In this document: positions 1 through 11,348 of the stretch, in pieces
Position numbering within the stretch: the stretch's first letter is position 1
Layout of the letters: every line of letters starts with the position of its first letter
Assembly (NCBI RefSeq): GCF_964204645.1
Contig: NC_134026.1
Location: 19,378,150-19,442,149 of the forward strand
DNA from: Tubulanus polymorphus
Lineage: Eukaryota; Animalia; Nemertea
Direction of reading: 5' to 3'
DNA: 64,000 nucleotides
Notes under the pieces: generated by a model
Told to the model about the DNA's origin: nothing
The model's input: the letters and a program-made list of their open reading frames with translations, nothing else
Databases searched by the model: none
Made by a program: the position numbers and the translations under genes

Positions 1-140
1 AAAATAAAACAGGATTTTTGATTGGCTGATAATGACCTCATCTAAGCTGCGCGTGTAGCTAGCGCTCGGTCTAGTGTGGTAGGGTTTCATACCATGGCAA
101 TCTCAATGCCATCAGTTATGAATCCCTGCCGGGGAGGATG
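1..140. mobile_element. Right arm of the same MITE family, truncated by window start
   Basis: Direct similarity to 7911-8045. Confidence 0.7.
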
Positions 141-475
141 ATGCAGAACCGGCCCGTGTATCTGACGTCTGGGCGAGGCCCGGCCGGGTTGAAGACTTGT
201 GGGTGTGTCTGGGACTGTGACCGTGTTTCAGATGCTACTGGTGCAATTCAATTCAATAGTTGATTTTGTGGCTCAACTTACGGAGATTGAGTCAATTCGA
301 GGGGAGGAGGGTGATGGTGATATGGATTTCATGTGGGCATAGGTGGACAGGGTTCAAACATCCATATTGTGTGTGGACATCTTTTATGGACCTAATCATC
401 CGGGTAGGAGTTGACCTGCTATATCGATGATTGTTGTCGTACAGATATTTACTATACTGCTCTATCAATTTTCAG

Positions 476-2641
476 AATCTAGGGATGGATGATTCGATAG
501 ATTCGCAGCTGATATCGTTCTCTACGGTCGACGAAGAAAAAGAATCTGATGTTGCGAGAAAAAAGCGTCGGCGCTCGCAGCTTTATGTGAATAATGAAAA
601 TGAGTTTGGTGTTGTCAGTCCTGGTTCCCGACGACTCGAAAATACAGACGAACCTTCATCGTCGTCGCCAACAGAAGAGAAGCTGCAAGACAGTTTTACC
701 AATATCGTTCTTCCATTCGACGAACCAGATGATGCAATATCTATCGTTGGTGAAAAAAATCATAAACCGAAACGAAAACCGAGGCAGTCAGCCGATCGAT
801 TTATCATTAATGCTGCCGGCGGTCTGCTGGAGGACGACGGCAACGCGATAGATGCCGACGAAATCCCCGGCATTCGTCGTTCTACGCGATTAAGGCGTAA
901 ATCGATCACGTTGTTTCGCAATCAGAAAAAGTTGCAGATGATCGAAGAGGCGGCGACGCGACGCAAAAACGATCGGTATCCGATTCGCGCGATATCGCCT
1001 ACGAAAGAGCGAAGCGACGAACGGAATGTTGAATTTTTCGGGGAAATAATCGCTATGTGCTCCGTTTCGCCGAGTGTTACCGAGTGTTACGACGTAGTTG
1101 CTTCTGAATCTGCGTCACCCGGCCATGACGGCGGTCTTCCCGATCCAGCGGCGAATCTAGACCTTGTTAAGTTATCAAACGACGTTCAATTATCAGAAAA
1201 CGATGTTTCGGAATCTAAAAGTGTCTCGAAACGAAAAAGAGGCGTTGCTTGTCGAAAAATGGCACCTGCGATCGGAGGTGTCGATAGCGATGTTATCGTT
1301 GAAGAGACCTGTAACAGCGATATTCCTGTTTCATCGGAACAAACGTTGGTAGAAACAGAAAGGCCCGTCAGGAGAACTAGAACTCGACTAAATATCGATA
1401 CTCAGAATCGGACTGTTAGCGAGGGTAAACCTACCAGGCGCAGATTTGGCAACAATAACCAGAAGAATGTCGAAGACTCGACGTCGACGAAAACTGATTC
1501 GCCGCGGAAAAAACGGAAAACGAAAAAATCTGAATCGCCCCAACTGAATTTAGAAGAATATTACACGAATAAAAACTATAAGAAACCGGATGAGAAATCG
1601 TGGGAAACGATCTACGAGGAATCGCCAACGACGACGAGCGCGGCAAATCAGTCGGGTCATACGGGTAAGAACGCAACGCGCGTCGGAATCGGGAAGAAAC
1701 GATTGAAACGTTACATCCTATTCGACGAGGGTCTCGTTGCCAAGTATAAACAGCGGTTTTTGAAAGCGCGTAAACGTGGTCGCAAACGTTTGACCGGCAA
1801 ACGCGAGCAGTTGATCGAACGGTTGCTCGACGAGAAATTGGACAATTTAGCGCGCAGCTTGGCGAGTAGTGCGGGTGATGGCGACGGTGTCGATACCGCG
1901 GCGCTGTCTCCGGTATCGCGTTGTACGAAAGTTTTGGATTCGACGGACAATGATCGCGTTTCATTGAGCAGTGATATGTCAGCGGTTACGACGTCTCCTC
2001 ACCGGAAGAGTATACAGTCAACTTCGGACTGTAACAACAAACTTGCTTTCGGTGAGAAAATAAGTGAAACTGAAAACGTTAACGATCGTGTCGTAACCGA
2101 TGTCGTAACGGAACAAGATTCATTCGGATGCGCGCAAAATAATGATAATTTTTCTGTCGAAAATGCGTTTTCGTGTGAACATGGCGTAGAAACAGAATTC
2201 AGTGCAATAATCAAGCCAAAAATTCTTCGCGGTGATGTGGTTTCGGAGAAAGTAAAGCCTACCCCTCGAGAAGAGGTCGAGAATGTATCTGCGCTTTCCG
2301 ACGAGGCAGAAAATGTGTTCGCGTCAGTGCGGAATTCATGCGGAGACGCCGCGAAGAATGCACCTGCGTTGTCGCAAATAACAGCTGCCGCGACGAATAT
2401 ACCTCATGATAGTCAACAAGGATGTGTCTGGTCTCATAGGTTCGATGATTCGATTTGCAGTCAGTCCGACGACGTTCCACTACACGATTCTATCGATTCC
2501 GAAAAAATGAATTCGGAAATATCCGAAAATATACAAGAATCGCGAACAACTGTCGACTCGAGACGGAGAGTGTCGGATTCCGATCTGCTCAATACAGCTC
2601 TGCTAGATTCTAACGACAGTGGTGATTGCGCTATTGCATAG
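476..2641 (+). CDS. Large terminal exon of a Tantalus-like domain protein (PRR14/PRR14L-like); upstream exons probably outside the window
   Basis: Open frame of about 720 codons after the acceptor ttttcag (ends 475). It contains LNLEEYYTNKNYKKPDEKSWETIYEE (~1544-1621), which resembles the Tantalus/PRR14 motif LEEIYTNKNY..P....LETIFEEP. Several basic NLS-like clusters (RKKRRR, RKKRKTKK); otherwise low-complexity S/D/E-rich; stop TAG at 2641. Confidence 0.8.
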   Translation, partial: NLGMDDSIDSQLISFSTVDEEKESDVARKKRRRSQLYVNNENEFGVVSPGSRRLENTDEPSSSSPTEEKLQDSFTNIVLPFDEPDDAISIVGEKNHKPKRKPRQSADRFIINAAGGLLEDDGNAIDADEIPGIRRSTRLRRKSITLFRNQKKLQMIEEAATRRKNDRYPIRAISPTKERSDERNVEFFGEIIAMCSVSPSVTECYDVVASESASPGHDGGLPDPAANLDLVKLSNDVQLSENDVSESKSVSKRKRGVACRKMAPAIGGVDSDVIVEETCNSDIPVSSEQTLVETERPVRRTRTRLNIDTQNRTVSEGKPTRRRFGNNNQKNVEDSTSTKTDSPRKKRKTKKSESPQLNLEEYYTNKNYKKPDEKSWETIYEESPTTTSAANQSGHTGKNATRVGIGKKRLKRYILFDEGLVAKYKQRFLKARKRGRKRLTGKREQLIERLLDEKLDNLARSLASSAGDGDGVDTAALSPVSRCTKVLDSTDNDRVSLSSDMSAVTTSPHRKSIQSTSDCNNKLAFGEKISETENVNDRVVTDVVTEQDSFGCAQNNDNFSVENAFSCEHGVETEFSAIIKPKILRGDVVSEKVKPTPREEVENVSALSDEAENVFASVRNSCGDAAKNAPALSQITAAATNIPHDSQQGCVWSHRFDDSICSQSDDVPLHDSIDSEKMNSEISENIQESRTTVDSRRRVSDSDLLNTALLDSNDSGDCAIA

Positions 2642-4262
2642 AAGACGCTTATTTCAGATCTTGTTTATTAATCTTTAGCTCGCTCTTAAGACTAGGTCAA
2701 ATAGACCCCCGAGATGGCTGTGCTGTTAACTTTTCATGTCCAAAAAGGTCATATTTGGTCTGAAATTCAGAGGACTGTGGCGTCTGAATGATAAGCGTTT
2801 TTTCATTGAAATTTTTGATGCGTATACTTTGGCAAGGGATTTTATCATATCCAGGCAGACAGGTTTTTGATCACTTAATTTTCACACTATTGGCGACCAT
2901 CTTAGTATGATCAGTCCTCATTGGAATAGGGATTTTAAGGAGAATACCAACTAACAGGAATTGCGATAGCTCAGTTTGTTGTTGTCGCCACCCTTGTTAA
3001 ATATTGAACTAGGCCTATATACAAGTTGTCTTCCATGACTACGATCCTGTGCAAATCTAGTTGGTTTATCGGCCACATTAGCAAATCCAAGATGGAAAAA
3101 ATTTTTTATTTCTATAAATCTTAAACGTCAGGCAAAAAACATTTTGCCTTGTTTCTCATTTCAGCTGAGCTTAAAGATTGACCGGCTGGCCACCTATCTA
3201 TCCATCCTGTATATAACTTCTTTTATAATCATGATCAAGCTCACAATAACAGACCTTGCAGCTATAGAAATAAACTGATTACAAATTGCAGTGTACGAAA
3301 GTGGCCTGGCCGATTAGGAGACACAAGGTATCATTTTTTTAGCCTAAAAACCTGGAAAATGTACCCCAGAGTTTTCTGTTATTACTTACATGAGGTATGG
3401 AGTGTATTGAATTTGTTTAGATGATGAATGCGGTAATCTCACTGGATCATCGATGAAATTTCGACTCGATTTCCACAGTTCTCGGTCAAGTTTGCCAGAG
3501 AGTTGAATTAGTTTATTTCAATGCTTTTTAGCCCGCTTGGGACTTTAGTCCCAGCGTACGTATTAGGAAAGGGGATCATTATACGCAATGATAGAATTCT
3601 GACATCTTTTCTGACGTCTGTCTGGTAGGGGCAGCAGATATTTTATGAGGGGTGGCTGATTTTCAGAGGGGTGGATGTAAAAATGAAAGGGGTGGTCACC
3701 TCTCTAAAACCTGGTGTGGAGAACACTGCCTAGTGATAATTATAATGAAATTTACAAAATATATGAATTGTCGATAGTTGTTATAAAAGTACACAGTCAG
3801 TTAAGAATAACGATTATCATTTTAAATGAGTGTAATTTGTTCAAAGTTAAACTGTACAATCGTAATTTAATTGATTTTGATAAAATATGCCTATTGTATT
3901 CATTCATTTCGTAACATTCAATGTAATTTTTATTGAAAATTGTCTTTTATAAATTACACCCATTCTCAATTGGGCGAAAATACAATGACTTCAATAAAAA
4001 GAAAAAAATTGATTCTAAGCATTTTTTCAAGTATGTAGTCCAGATCGTTGCTTCTGAACAGTAAATTTAATCAATACTGATTGATAATCAGTTATCAGTG
4101 ATTTCATCCAACATTGTAATCAATGGTTGTCATTTGTTGATCGATATGTTGGGGTTGCATTGGGTTTAGGTTTTGGATAGTATTTTATTATATAGTTCAT
4201 GCTTTTGAAATGGTATTAATAAAGAGATTTAAATGTTATGTAATTGCTAATTATTTTTTCCC

Positions 4263-5676
4263 TTTTTAGCCCACTTGGGACTTTAGTCCCAGCGGGCTAT
4301 TGCGTTCACTTTTCGTCCGTCGTCCGTCCGTAGACGGAATCCAGTTATTTTGGGAAGTTTTGAAGACGCTTCAAGGTAACGTCTTGATATTTGGGTTACA
4401 CATGTATCTACCCTAGACACATCTTAAGCCCAAAAACTGGCCCTGTCAGAATCAAGATGGCCGACTGGCAGCCATTGTTGTTCGCCAAAATCAGCACTTT
4501 TTACACATTTTTGAACTTTTTGAGGGAAATTTTGAAGACGCTTTGATCAATTACCTTGATCTTTCGGATATATGTGAATCCCCCCAGGGCCCATCAACAT
4601 AACAAAAATTGGGTCGGTCGGACTCAAGATGGCCGTCCTATGACCTTTTTAGTGCCCAAAAATGTTAATTTTGGCCCGAATTCTGAGTCCTGTAGCTTCC
4701 TACTGGTTTGCCATTTCTTATTACAATTTGTGATGGGTGTTCTTTGGAAAGGGATGTTTTATACCTGAGACAGGTATTTTTCATCAGCCAATTATGACGC
4801 AATTGGCGGCCATCTTGGTGTAACCAGTACTCATTCGTAAGTGGGAAAAAGTTTTTCCACATTATATTGATACCTAAGCGTATTTTGCTACCACAATCAA
4901 TTAGAAAGTTGTAGCTCATAACGTGTTCTATGATTGTGGTGAGTTTCAAGGTAATTGGATTTTGTATATGGCCACCAGGGGCGTTGAATAATACAATATC
5001 TTAACATTTCTTTATTATCGTACCTATGAATATTTTGTAACCACAATCAATTGGAAAGTTGTAGCTCATGACATCATCTATGATTGTTGCGAGTTTTAAG
5101 GACATAAGTTTTTTTATATGGTCACCAGGGGGCGTTGAATAGTAGAATAACTTAGTATTTCCTTATTATATTTGTACCTAGGCATATTTTGTTACCATGA
5201 TCAATTGCAAAGTTGTAGTTCATGACATGTTCTATGATTGTGGTGAGTCTCAAGGTCATTGGGTTTTGAATATGGTCACCAGGGGGCGTTGAATAGTAGA
5301 ATGACTTAGTATTTCCTTATTATATTGGTACCTAGGCATATTTTGTTACCATGATCAATTGCAAAGTTGTAGTTCATGACATGTTCTATGATTGTGGTGA
5401 GTTTCGAGGTCATTGGGTTTTGAATATGCTCACCAGGGGGCGTTGAATAGTAGAATGACTTAGTATTTCCATATTAAATTGGTAACGAGGCATATTTTGT
5501 TATCACAATCAATTACAAAATCGTAGCTGCTGACATGTTCTATGATTGTGGTGAGTTTTAAGGTCATTGGTTTTTGTAAATGGTCACCAGGGGACGTTGA
5601 ATATTGAAATTGTTAGATTGTTGAGCATTTGAAACCACTTCCCAAGTGGGCATGGTGTCCCTGGACCCCTAGTTTA
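4263..5676 (+). mobile_element. Non-autonomous Helentron/DINE-1-like element with internal tandem array
   Basis: T-rich insertion site, subterminal inverted repeat cccacttgg ... ccaagtggg, 5' hairpin gggact-tt-agtccc, (GTCC)n microsatellite at ~4313-4331 and a short 3' stem-loop followed by ctagttt. Confidence 0.7.
4860..5610. repeat. Tandem array of about 5 units of ~154 bp
   Basis: atgg(t/c)caccagggg recurs at 4968, 5118, 5272, 5426 and 5580 (spacing 150, 154, 154, 154). Confidence 0.95.
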
Positions 5677-5911
5677 TACTGGCTAATTGGTAGTTGAATT
5701 TAAATGCTTTCCCGTGGACTTTCAATTGATGGATTACTTGTGAGCTCTAGATAGATCTAGTGTAGATTTTCCTTGGACGACAGATGATGGGGCCTATTAT
5801 TTTCTTTTTACCAAATCCCATAAAAACCTAATAAATGAGGAAGATCAGACCGACTTGGGATAAAAGAATATTTCTAAGTGATAAATTGCTATTGCTGACC
5901 AAAAAATAGCA

Positions 5912-5936
5912 TGGCTACTGTGGGATTCGAACCCAC
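5912..5936 (-). repeat. tRNA-derived (SINE-like) B-box fragment
   Basis: Minus strand gtgggttcgaatcccac forms a T-arm hairpin; no A box or cloverleaf seen. Confidence 0.4.
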
Positions 5937-6080
5937 CAACTCGAACTTCATTTTTTGCCTTTTTTTATCTATGACGTATGGCGCTAGTTGTCTTATCACT
6001 TCCTGGTTCCAGATTTCTCAACAACATCCACTCTCGGATTTTCGATTTTCGGTACCAGTTTTCAGCCCTCGTTTTTGACC

Positions 6081-9000
6081 ATGGCAGCTTCAGTGACAAC
6101 GGACTTCAGCGGATCGTGGAAACTCGATAGAAGCGAAAATTTCGATAAATTCCTGGAATTGTTGGGTGAACGTGAGTGTTACAACATTGATTGTGAAACA
6201 TGATTGATGATGGCATCGAAAAAATGAAAACAATAAGAAAGAATGATCGAATGAATCTTATTTGATGTCATTGTCGTATGTTGATATTTCTATAGGCTGT
6301 TGTTCCCTCTTTATAGTGTAATTGATCCATAATAAAACTTACATTTCACGAATGACCCCCATGGCATAGCCAGTAACTACATGGTTAGGCCTTGACACTG
6401 TCACTGACAGTTTTACGTTCGGATATTTCACAAGCCCATCATCGAATTATCCATCCTCCCCCAACAGGGATTCGAAGGCCACCTGGTATGCTCTCAATTC
6501 AAGTTGTAAAATAGACATTGGCATCAATGCCAGGGTTCACCCAGTCAGGGAAGTGGTTGCATCCAGAGTGATCTGAATCATTTTACGATCCTAGTGTTAG
6601 GCTGCCTACCCAACCACACAGACAGCTTTTTGTGGTCTTTTAAGGAAAAGTTCTTTAAAATCCAAAAAAGTTTTGTTTTATTCTATCAACAAGCTGATGT
6701 TGACCAAGCTGATGTTCATGTTTTGAAGACACTTTATTTATTGCGTTCACATTTTGTCATCTGTAGACGGAATCAAGTTATTTGTGGAAGTTTTTGGGTT
6801 TTTTCGTCCAAATCAGCACTTGTTACAGGTTTTTGAAATTTTCAAGGAATATTTTGAAGACGCTTCGATTCAATTATCGTGATCCTTCCTGTATCCCCCA
6901 GAGCCTATCAGCATTTAAGAAAAAATGGGTAAATCGGACAAATGATGGCTGCCTTTTAACTTTTTTCGTGCCGAAAAAGGTCATTATCGGCCTGATGGTG
7001 TGCTAGATTGTTGAGCATTTCTCCAAGTGGGCATGGTATCCCTAAACCCTTAGGGGCCAGTTTTAAAGACTGGTATGTACTTTAATTAAACTCGATTCAT
7101 TTTCAATTGAGTTAGCCCCTGGGCTTTAAAGTTAATACCAGTCGATAAAACTGGGCCCTAGTTTTAGTAATTAATCTTCAATATGGTTGTGGATCTAATA
7201 TACATACTGGTATTGATTGGTGTGCATTTACGAGAAAAGCTAAAAATGTTCTTCAAAAATTTTGTGCTTGTGTATAGGCCTAAATAAGCTCACGCATAGC
7301 CAGCTGATGTATAGCCTAATTTGCTCCATCTGGTGCCTGGCATTGCCTTATTTTTTTGTAGGCTAATCTATATACTGGTACTTAATTGATAGCTATCGTT
7401 ACTTTCCATACATCAAACTCCAAAAATCCAAATTTTAGACTGGTCTAAATTTGGCCCGTTGCAATTTGGCGAGTTTCGGATATCATATGATTTCTATATT
7501 ACCTAAAAATTAATGTACAGGCTGATGGAATTATTTGTATTAAAATCTAGTCTATTGCTCGTGTTGCTCAAGGAGTACCCGTGTGAATACACACTCTGAT
7601 TTGGTCCATCCAAAATTTGGTCCATTCCGGGTATGACCCCTTTTGAACGGGTTTAACTAATGGTAATTTGAACGCGTCTTAAGTTCACATACAGTAGGCC
7701 TATGTAGATCTCATTCTCCCTCGGCAGGGATTCAAACCTGATGGAATCGCTACACTCAGCCACGGCACGAACCCCTACCACAGTAGACCAGGTGCGCAGG
7801 TACATGCGCAGCTTTGCCGCACGAAAACTTGTGGTACCAATCAGATTGCTTGTTGTATAATCGCTGAGGTAAATTTCACGGAAGAACTATAAATGGGAAA
7901 ACCTGGGCTAAAATAAAAAAGGATTTTTTGGCTTAAAATGACATTATCTAAGTTGCGCACATAGCTGCGCCCTCGGTCTAGTGTGACAGTCACAGGGGTT
8001 CGCACCGTGGCAATCTCGATGCCGTCGTGTGCCGTGGGAGGATGGTGGATCTATACCAAACCAGTGTCCTACAGGTTTAATGAAAGCTTGTTGTTAGCCT
8101 AACTGTCGTCAGTCATTCTTCGCAATTTTTTCCAAGCTTTTTTCTCTTCTCTTTCAGATGAAAACTTCATGACTCGACAGATGATGAAGATCGCCCGTTT
8201 CGCAAAACCAGTACAGACGATCAAACAGGATGGCGACAAGTTCAACATCGAAACAAAAAGTGTCGTTAGGACGACTGTAGTCGATTTCAAATTGGGCGAA
8301 GAATTTGAGCGCGAGGAACAGGGCCATAAATTAAAGGTAAAAAAATGGATATGATCAGCCTCTACCAGGCCTATGTTAGTACCCAACAGTACCAGAGTTT
8401 TTCGATCCTAGGTTTCGACGAGGCTTTGTCTACTGTCTGCCTGTCTATTTGTGTCTCTGCTTTCAGCTACTAAGCTTTGTTATTAGCAGATAGATCTTGA
8501 TGTAACTTTGGTACCTACCGTAGTTACACTAGGAATACCGAGTGTATTGTTATCACCACCAGGGGGCGTAAAGTATTGAAATAGATAATATGGGTTCTAT
8601 GCATATTTTGTTGCCACATTCAATTGCAAGGTTGTAGCTCATGGCATGTTCCATTAATGATTGTTCCAAGTATGAAGGTCATCGGTTTCTGTAGGCCTAT
8701 GTGCTCACCAGGGGGCATTGAATATTGAAATTGTCTGATTGCTGAGCACTTCCAACCCTGTTTCCAGATGGGCATGGTTTACCTGAACCCCTAGGTAACT
8801 CTCCACTGAGACCAAAGGTGTCCACTTATCATTTAAAAATGGTATCCCTGCAGCTCTAATTTTGATGAAACATGATAGGCCTAAGCATTATCTTTGGAGC
8901 TACGGTATAAATATTACACAGTATATTTTATGTGGTTATTTGCATGAATTATGCAAATTAGTTATTGCATTGAGGTGCTTTTCATTAGGCAAATACCTAG

Positions 9001-11348
9001 CCATCATTATGCAGTAATTATTTTTACTGCCTACCGGTAATTGTTAATAGAATGGAGGCTCTTAATTCTTTAGATTGGATGAATCTCAGTAATCCAGGGT
9101 TTATAGATTTAAGCCCTGGCTTTGTGGGTCAACTTCATTTTGAGGTCTCCAGTGATTGGGACATCAACTTTCAATCCTCTCAATGATATTAATGTAGTAC
9201 CCTGAGTTGCACCTAGTGCAGGGTTGAGGGAGTTGTAAATAGAACACCTTTTGAGAGTCTTGATATAATTTTAATTTTGTATACTCCGGTACTCGTGAAC
9301 AAACAAATACTCAGTCTCGACGTAAATGTACTGGTACCATCTTTTTTTTAGGCCAAGGCTGAATTGACTGATGGTAAACTGGTTATTACGCAAGAACCAA
9401 AAGACGCTGAAAGTAAATTGCGAAAACAGAAAGTAGCGCGTGAAATCAAAGATGGTGAACTAGTCATGGTGAGAATATTTTCTTTTTCATCGAAATCTTT
9501 CTAAAAAAGGGAATCATTCGTGCTTTATGAAAAATAGCCTACATTCAGAAGACTTCAGCATTGCAGATAGGCCCTATGCCTTTGTTTAGGGTCCTGGCTC
9601 AAGGTAAAATAGTAAAATGGTCCAAAACATTTGATATGGCTTCTGCAGAAATTTGGCTTAAAAATCTAACTAGAATGGGCTTGACTGTTCATGTAGTAAA
9701 AAATCAGACTTTGTCTAGATTCGTGCATGTTCTATTTTGGTATTATTCACGGAATGTTCTGTAGAATTGATAGGCCCACTGATGTTTAGGTCAAATAATG
9801 TTGTGATAAAGAATTACTTGATATGGTTGACCTGTCATCGTTTCTTTCAACAAAAAAGACAAGACTACCGGTAGTCAAAGATTTTTGGAACGTAGTTAAA
9901 AATTCTTTCCTTTTCTCTTTGAACGACGTGATTTGAACATAATGAATTATAAGATTACGTTTAATGGAAAGATCTTTTTTCGCTTGGTTCATTCACAATT
10001 TGGATCAATTTCTATGAGCTGGACATTTTCTTATGCGCTATACTGATTCCTGTACAATGGGTAAAAGTTCATGGGGTATGAGATTAAACAGGTTGTAGGT
10101 AAGAATCCCCTCTGTAAAAATCCCCAAATATTCTAAGTAGGTAAAAATCCCCACTTGGCGATTTTCAAGAACATTTCAAAGCAAAATGTTTCTCCAATTT
10201 TATTCATTTGCAATGAATCTGAAATATGTCTGAACTGCGCAATGAAATCTTTCGTTGGGATAAATTCTTAAGTACACTCTAAGAATAAAATGAATTGTTG
10301 GAATTGATAAGAATAATGAACTTTTTATTTGTAATATCTTGAAATTCGAACTGGAATATTTTTTAACTATGAACTCTCGTTAATTTGTGGTATATTTGTG
10401 CTGTGCGATGCCATGAATTATAAGCAATAATTAACTTTAAATTTGAAATATTTTAGATTCAAGCTAGTTTAATATATTTGAAATGTGTGATGAACCCTTT
10501 CATTAACTGCGATAACTTTAAGTACAATACTAATTTAGTATTAATGAACTGTTAATTTGTAGTTTGTTGTAATTCAAATAGTATATACTATAGTTTGTAT
10601 GCTCGATATATACTTATGGTGTTCAGTTCAGAAGGAGGGGGATTTTTACCTACTTTGAAGAATTGGTGTTTACCGAGGGGATTTTTACCTAGGGGATTAC
10701 CGCTAACCGATTAAACGTGTTGTTCCCTAGGTGGGAAAAAGGACCTCATAAATGATGAGATTGGTGCTCAGGGCCAAACCATTCCACACTGGTCGAGCAT
10801 GATGCCAAGAGCTGTGGATAGGTAGGACTGATCAGCTATTGATCATCAGTGGCCGTATTGGCCGCAAGCAAAGTAAAAAAGTCACATTCCACAGATAATA
10901 TGGCATGCACTGAATGAATGGAATGATTATATCGTGTGTGGTCATTTTTAGTTGCCTATTAAACAAACTGTGTATGTGCGTCATCAATCAGATTTCATAC
11001 ATTTAAGGCTCGTGATATTTCAACACCAGATTGCAAGGCTGAAATATTACATAAATCAAATAAAACCCATATGTGTGAGATCCATGGTTTCGTAAGCTCT
11101 CGACTCAAATTTCATCACATGCAGCTGCAGTTTTCGTACTTCTATTTCGACCACGAGATGATTTTGATCGACGTAAAACCGTTTCCTTTCAGACAATTGT
11201 TCTCGGGGACGACGAGTGCATCTGTACGAGAGTCTTCAAGAAGGTCGATCAACCAGCCCCAGCGGCCACCGCTGCCGCCGCACCCAAAAATGAAAAACCG
11301 AAAGAAGAAGACGCGAAACAAAACGACGAGAACGCCGAAGGGCAGTAG
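6081..11348 (+). CDS. Fatty acid-binding protein (iLBP/FABP family), paralogue A, 180 aa with C-terminal extension
   Basis: Exons 6081-6171, 8158-8336, 9352-9468, 11193-11348, all GT-AG with intron phases 1,0,0 (canonical FABP structure). Motifs FSGSWKLDRSENFDKFL, KPVQTIKQDGDKFNIET, FKLGEEF, REIKDGELVM, CTRVFKK. AATAAA at 12055. Confidence 0.92.
6740..7052 (+). mobile_element. Internally deleted copy of the Helentron-like family in FABP-A intron 1
   Basis: Shares attgcgttcac, gtagacggaatc, ttttgaagacgctt and the 3' end tagattgttgagcattt..ccaagtgggcatggt with 4263-5676. Confidence 0.75.
7711..8045. mobile_element. Palindromic MITE; its right arm also occurs at 1-140
   Basis: 7711-7815 is a reverse-complement match to 7945-8045 and to 45-140 (ggtctagtgtg, ggcaatctc, aatccctgccggggaggatg). 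Confidence 0.7.
8400..8795 (+). mobile_element. Diverged Helentron-like copy in FABP-A intron 2
   Basis: GTCT-like microsatellite, one 154-bp-type unit bounded by caccagggggc at 8557 and 8706, and a matching 3' end (gggcatggtttacctgaacccctag). The 5' boundary is approximate. Confidence 0.7.
10091..10708. mobile_element. MULE/Mutator-like MITE
   Basis: Imperfect TIRs starting GGTT with internal ggtaaaaatcccc / ggggatttttacc repeats; 9-bp flanks gattaaaca / gattaaacg. Confidence 0.65.

Noticed and set aside
1431-1964. 177-aa antisense ORF
   Set aside because: Shadow ORF of the GC-richer Tantalus exon.
2672-3340. Possible decayed Helentron-like element in the Tantalus gene 3' region
   Set aside because: Starts tttagctcg and has caagatgg-like motifs, but termini could not be defined.
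4860-5610. Regularly spaced repeats resembling a CRISPR array
   Set aside because: The whole 154-bp unit is repeated with no unique spacers, there are no cas genes, and the context is eukaryotic.
5912-5943. Possible tRNA gene
   Set aside because: Only a T-arm/B box is present; no acceptor, D or anticodon arms. Similar weak SINE-like fragments at ~44910 and ~55070-55140.
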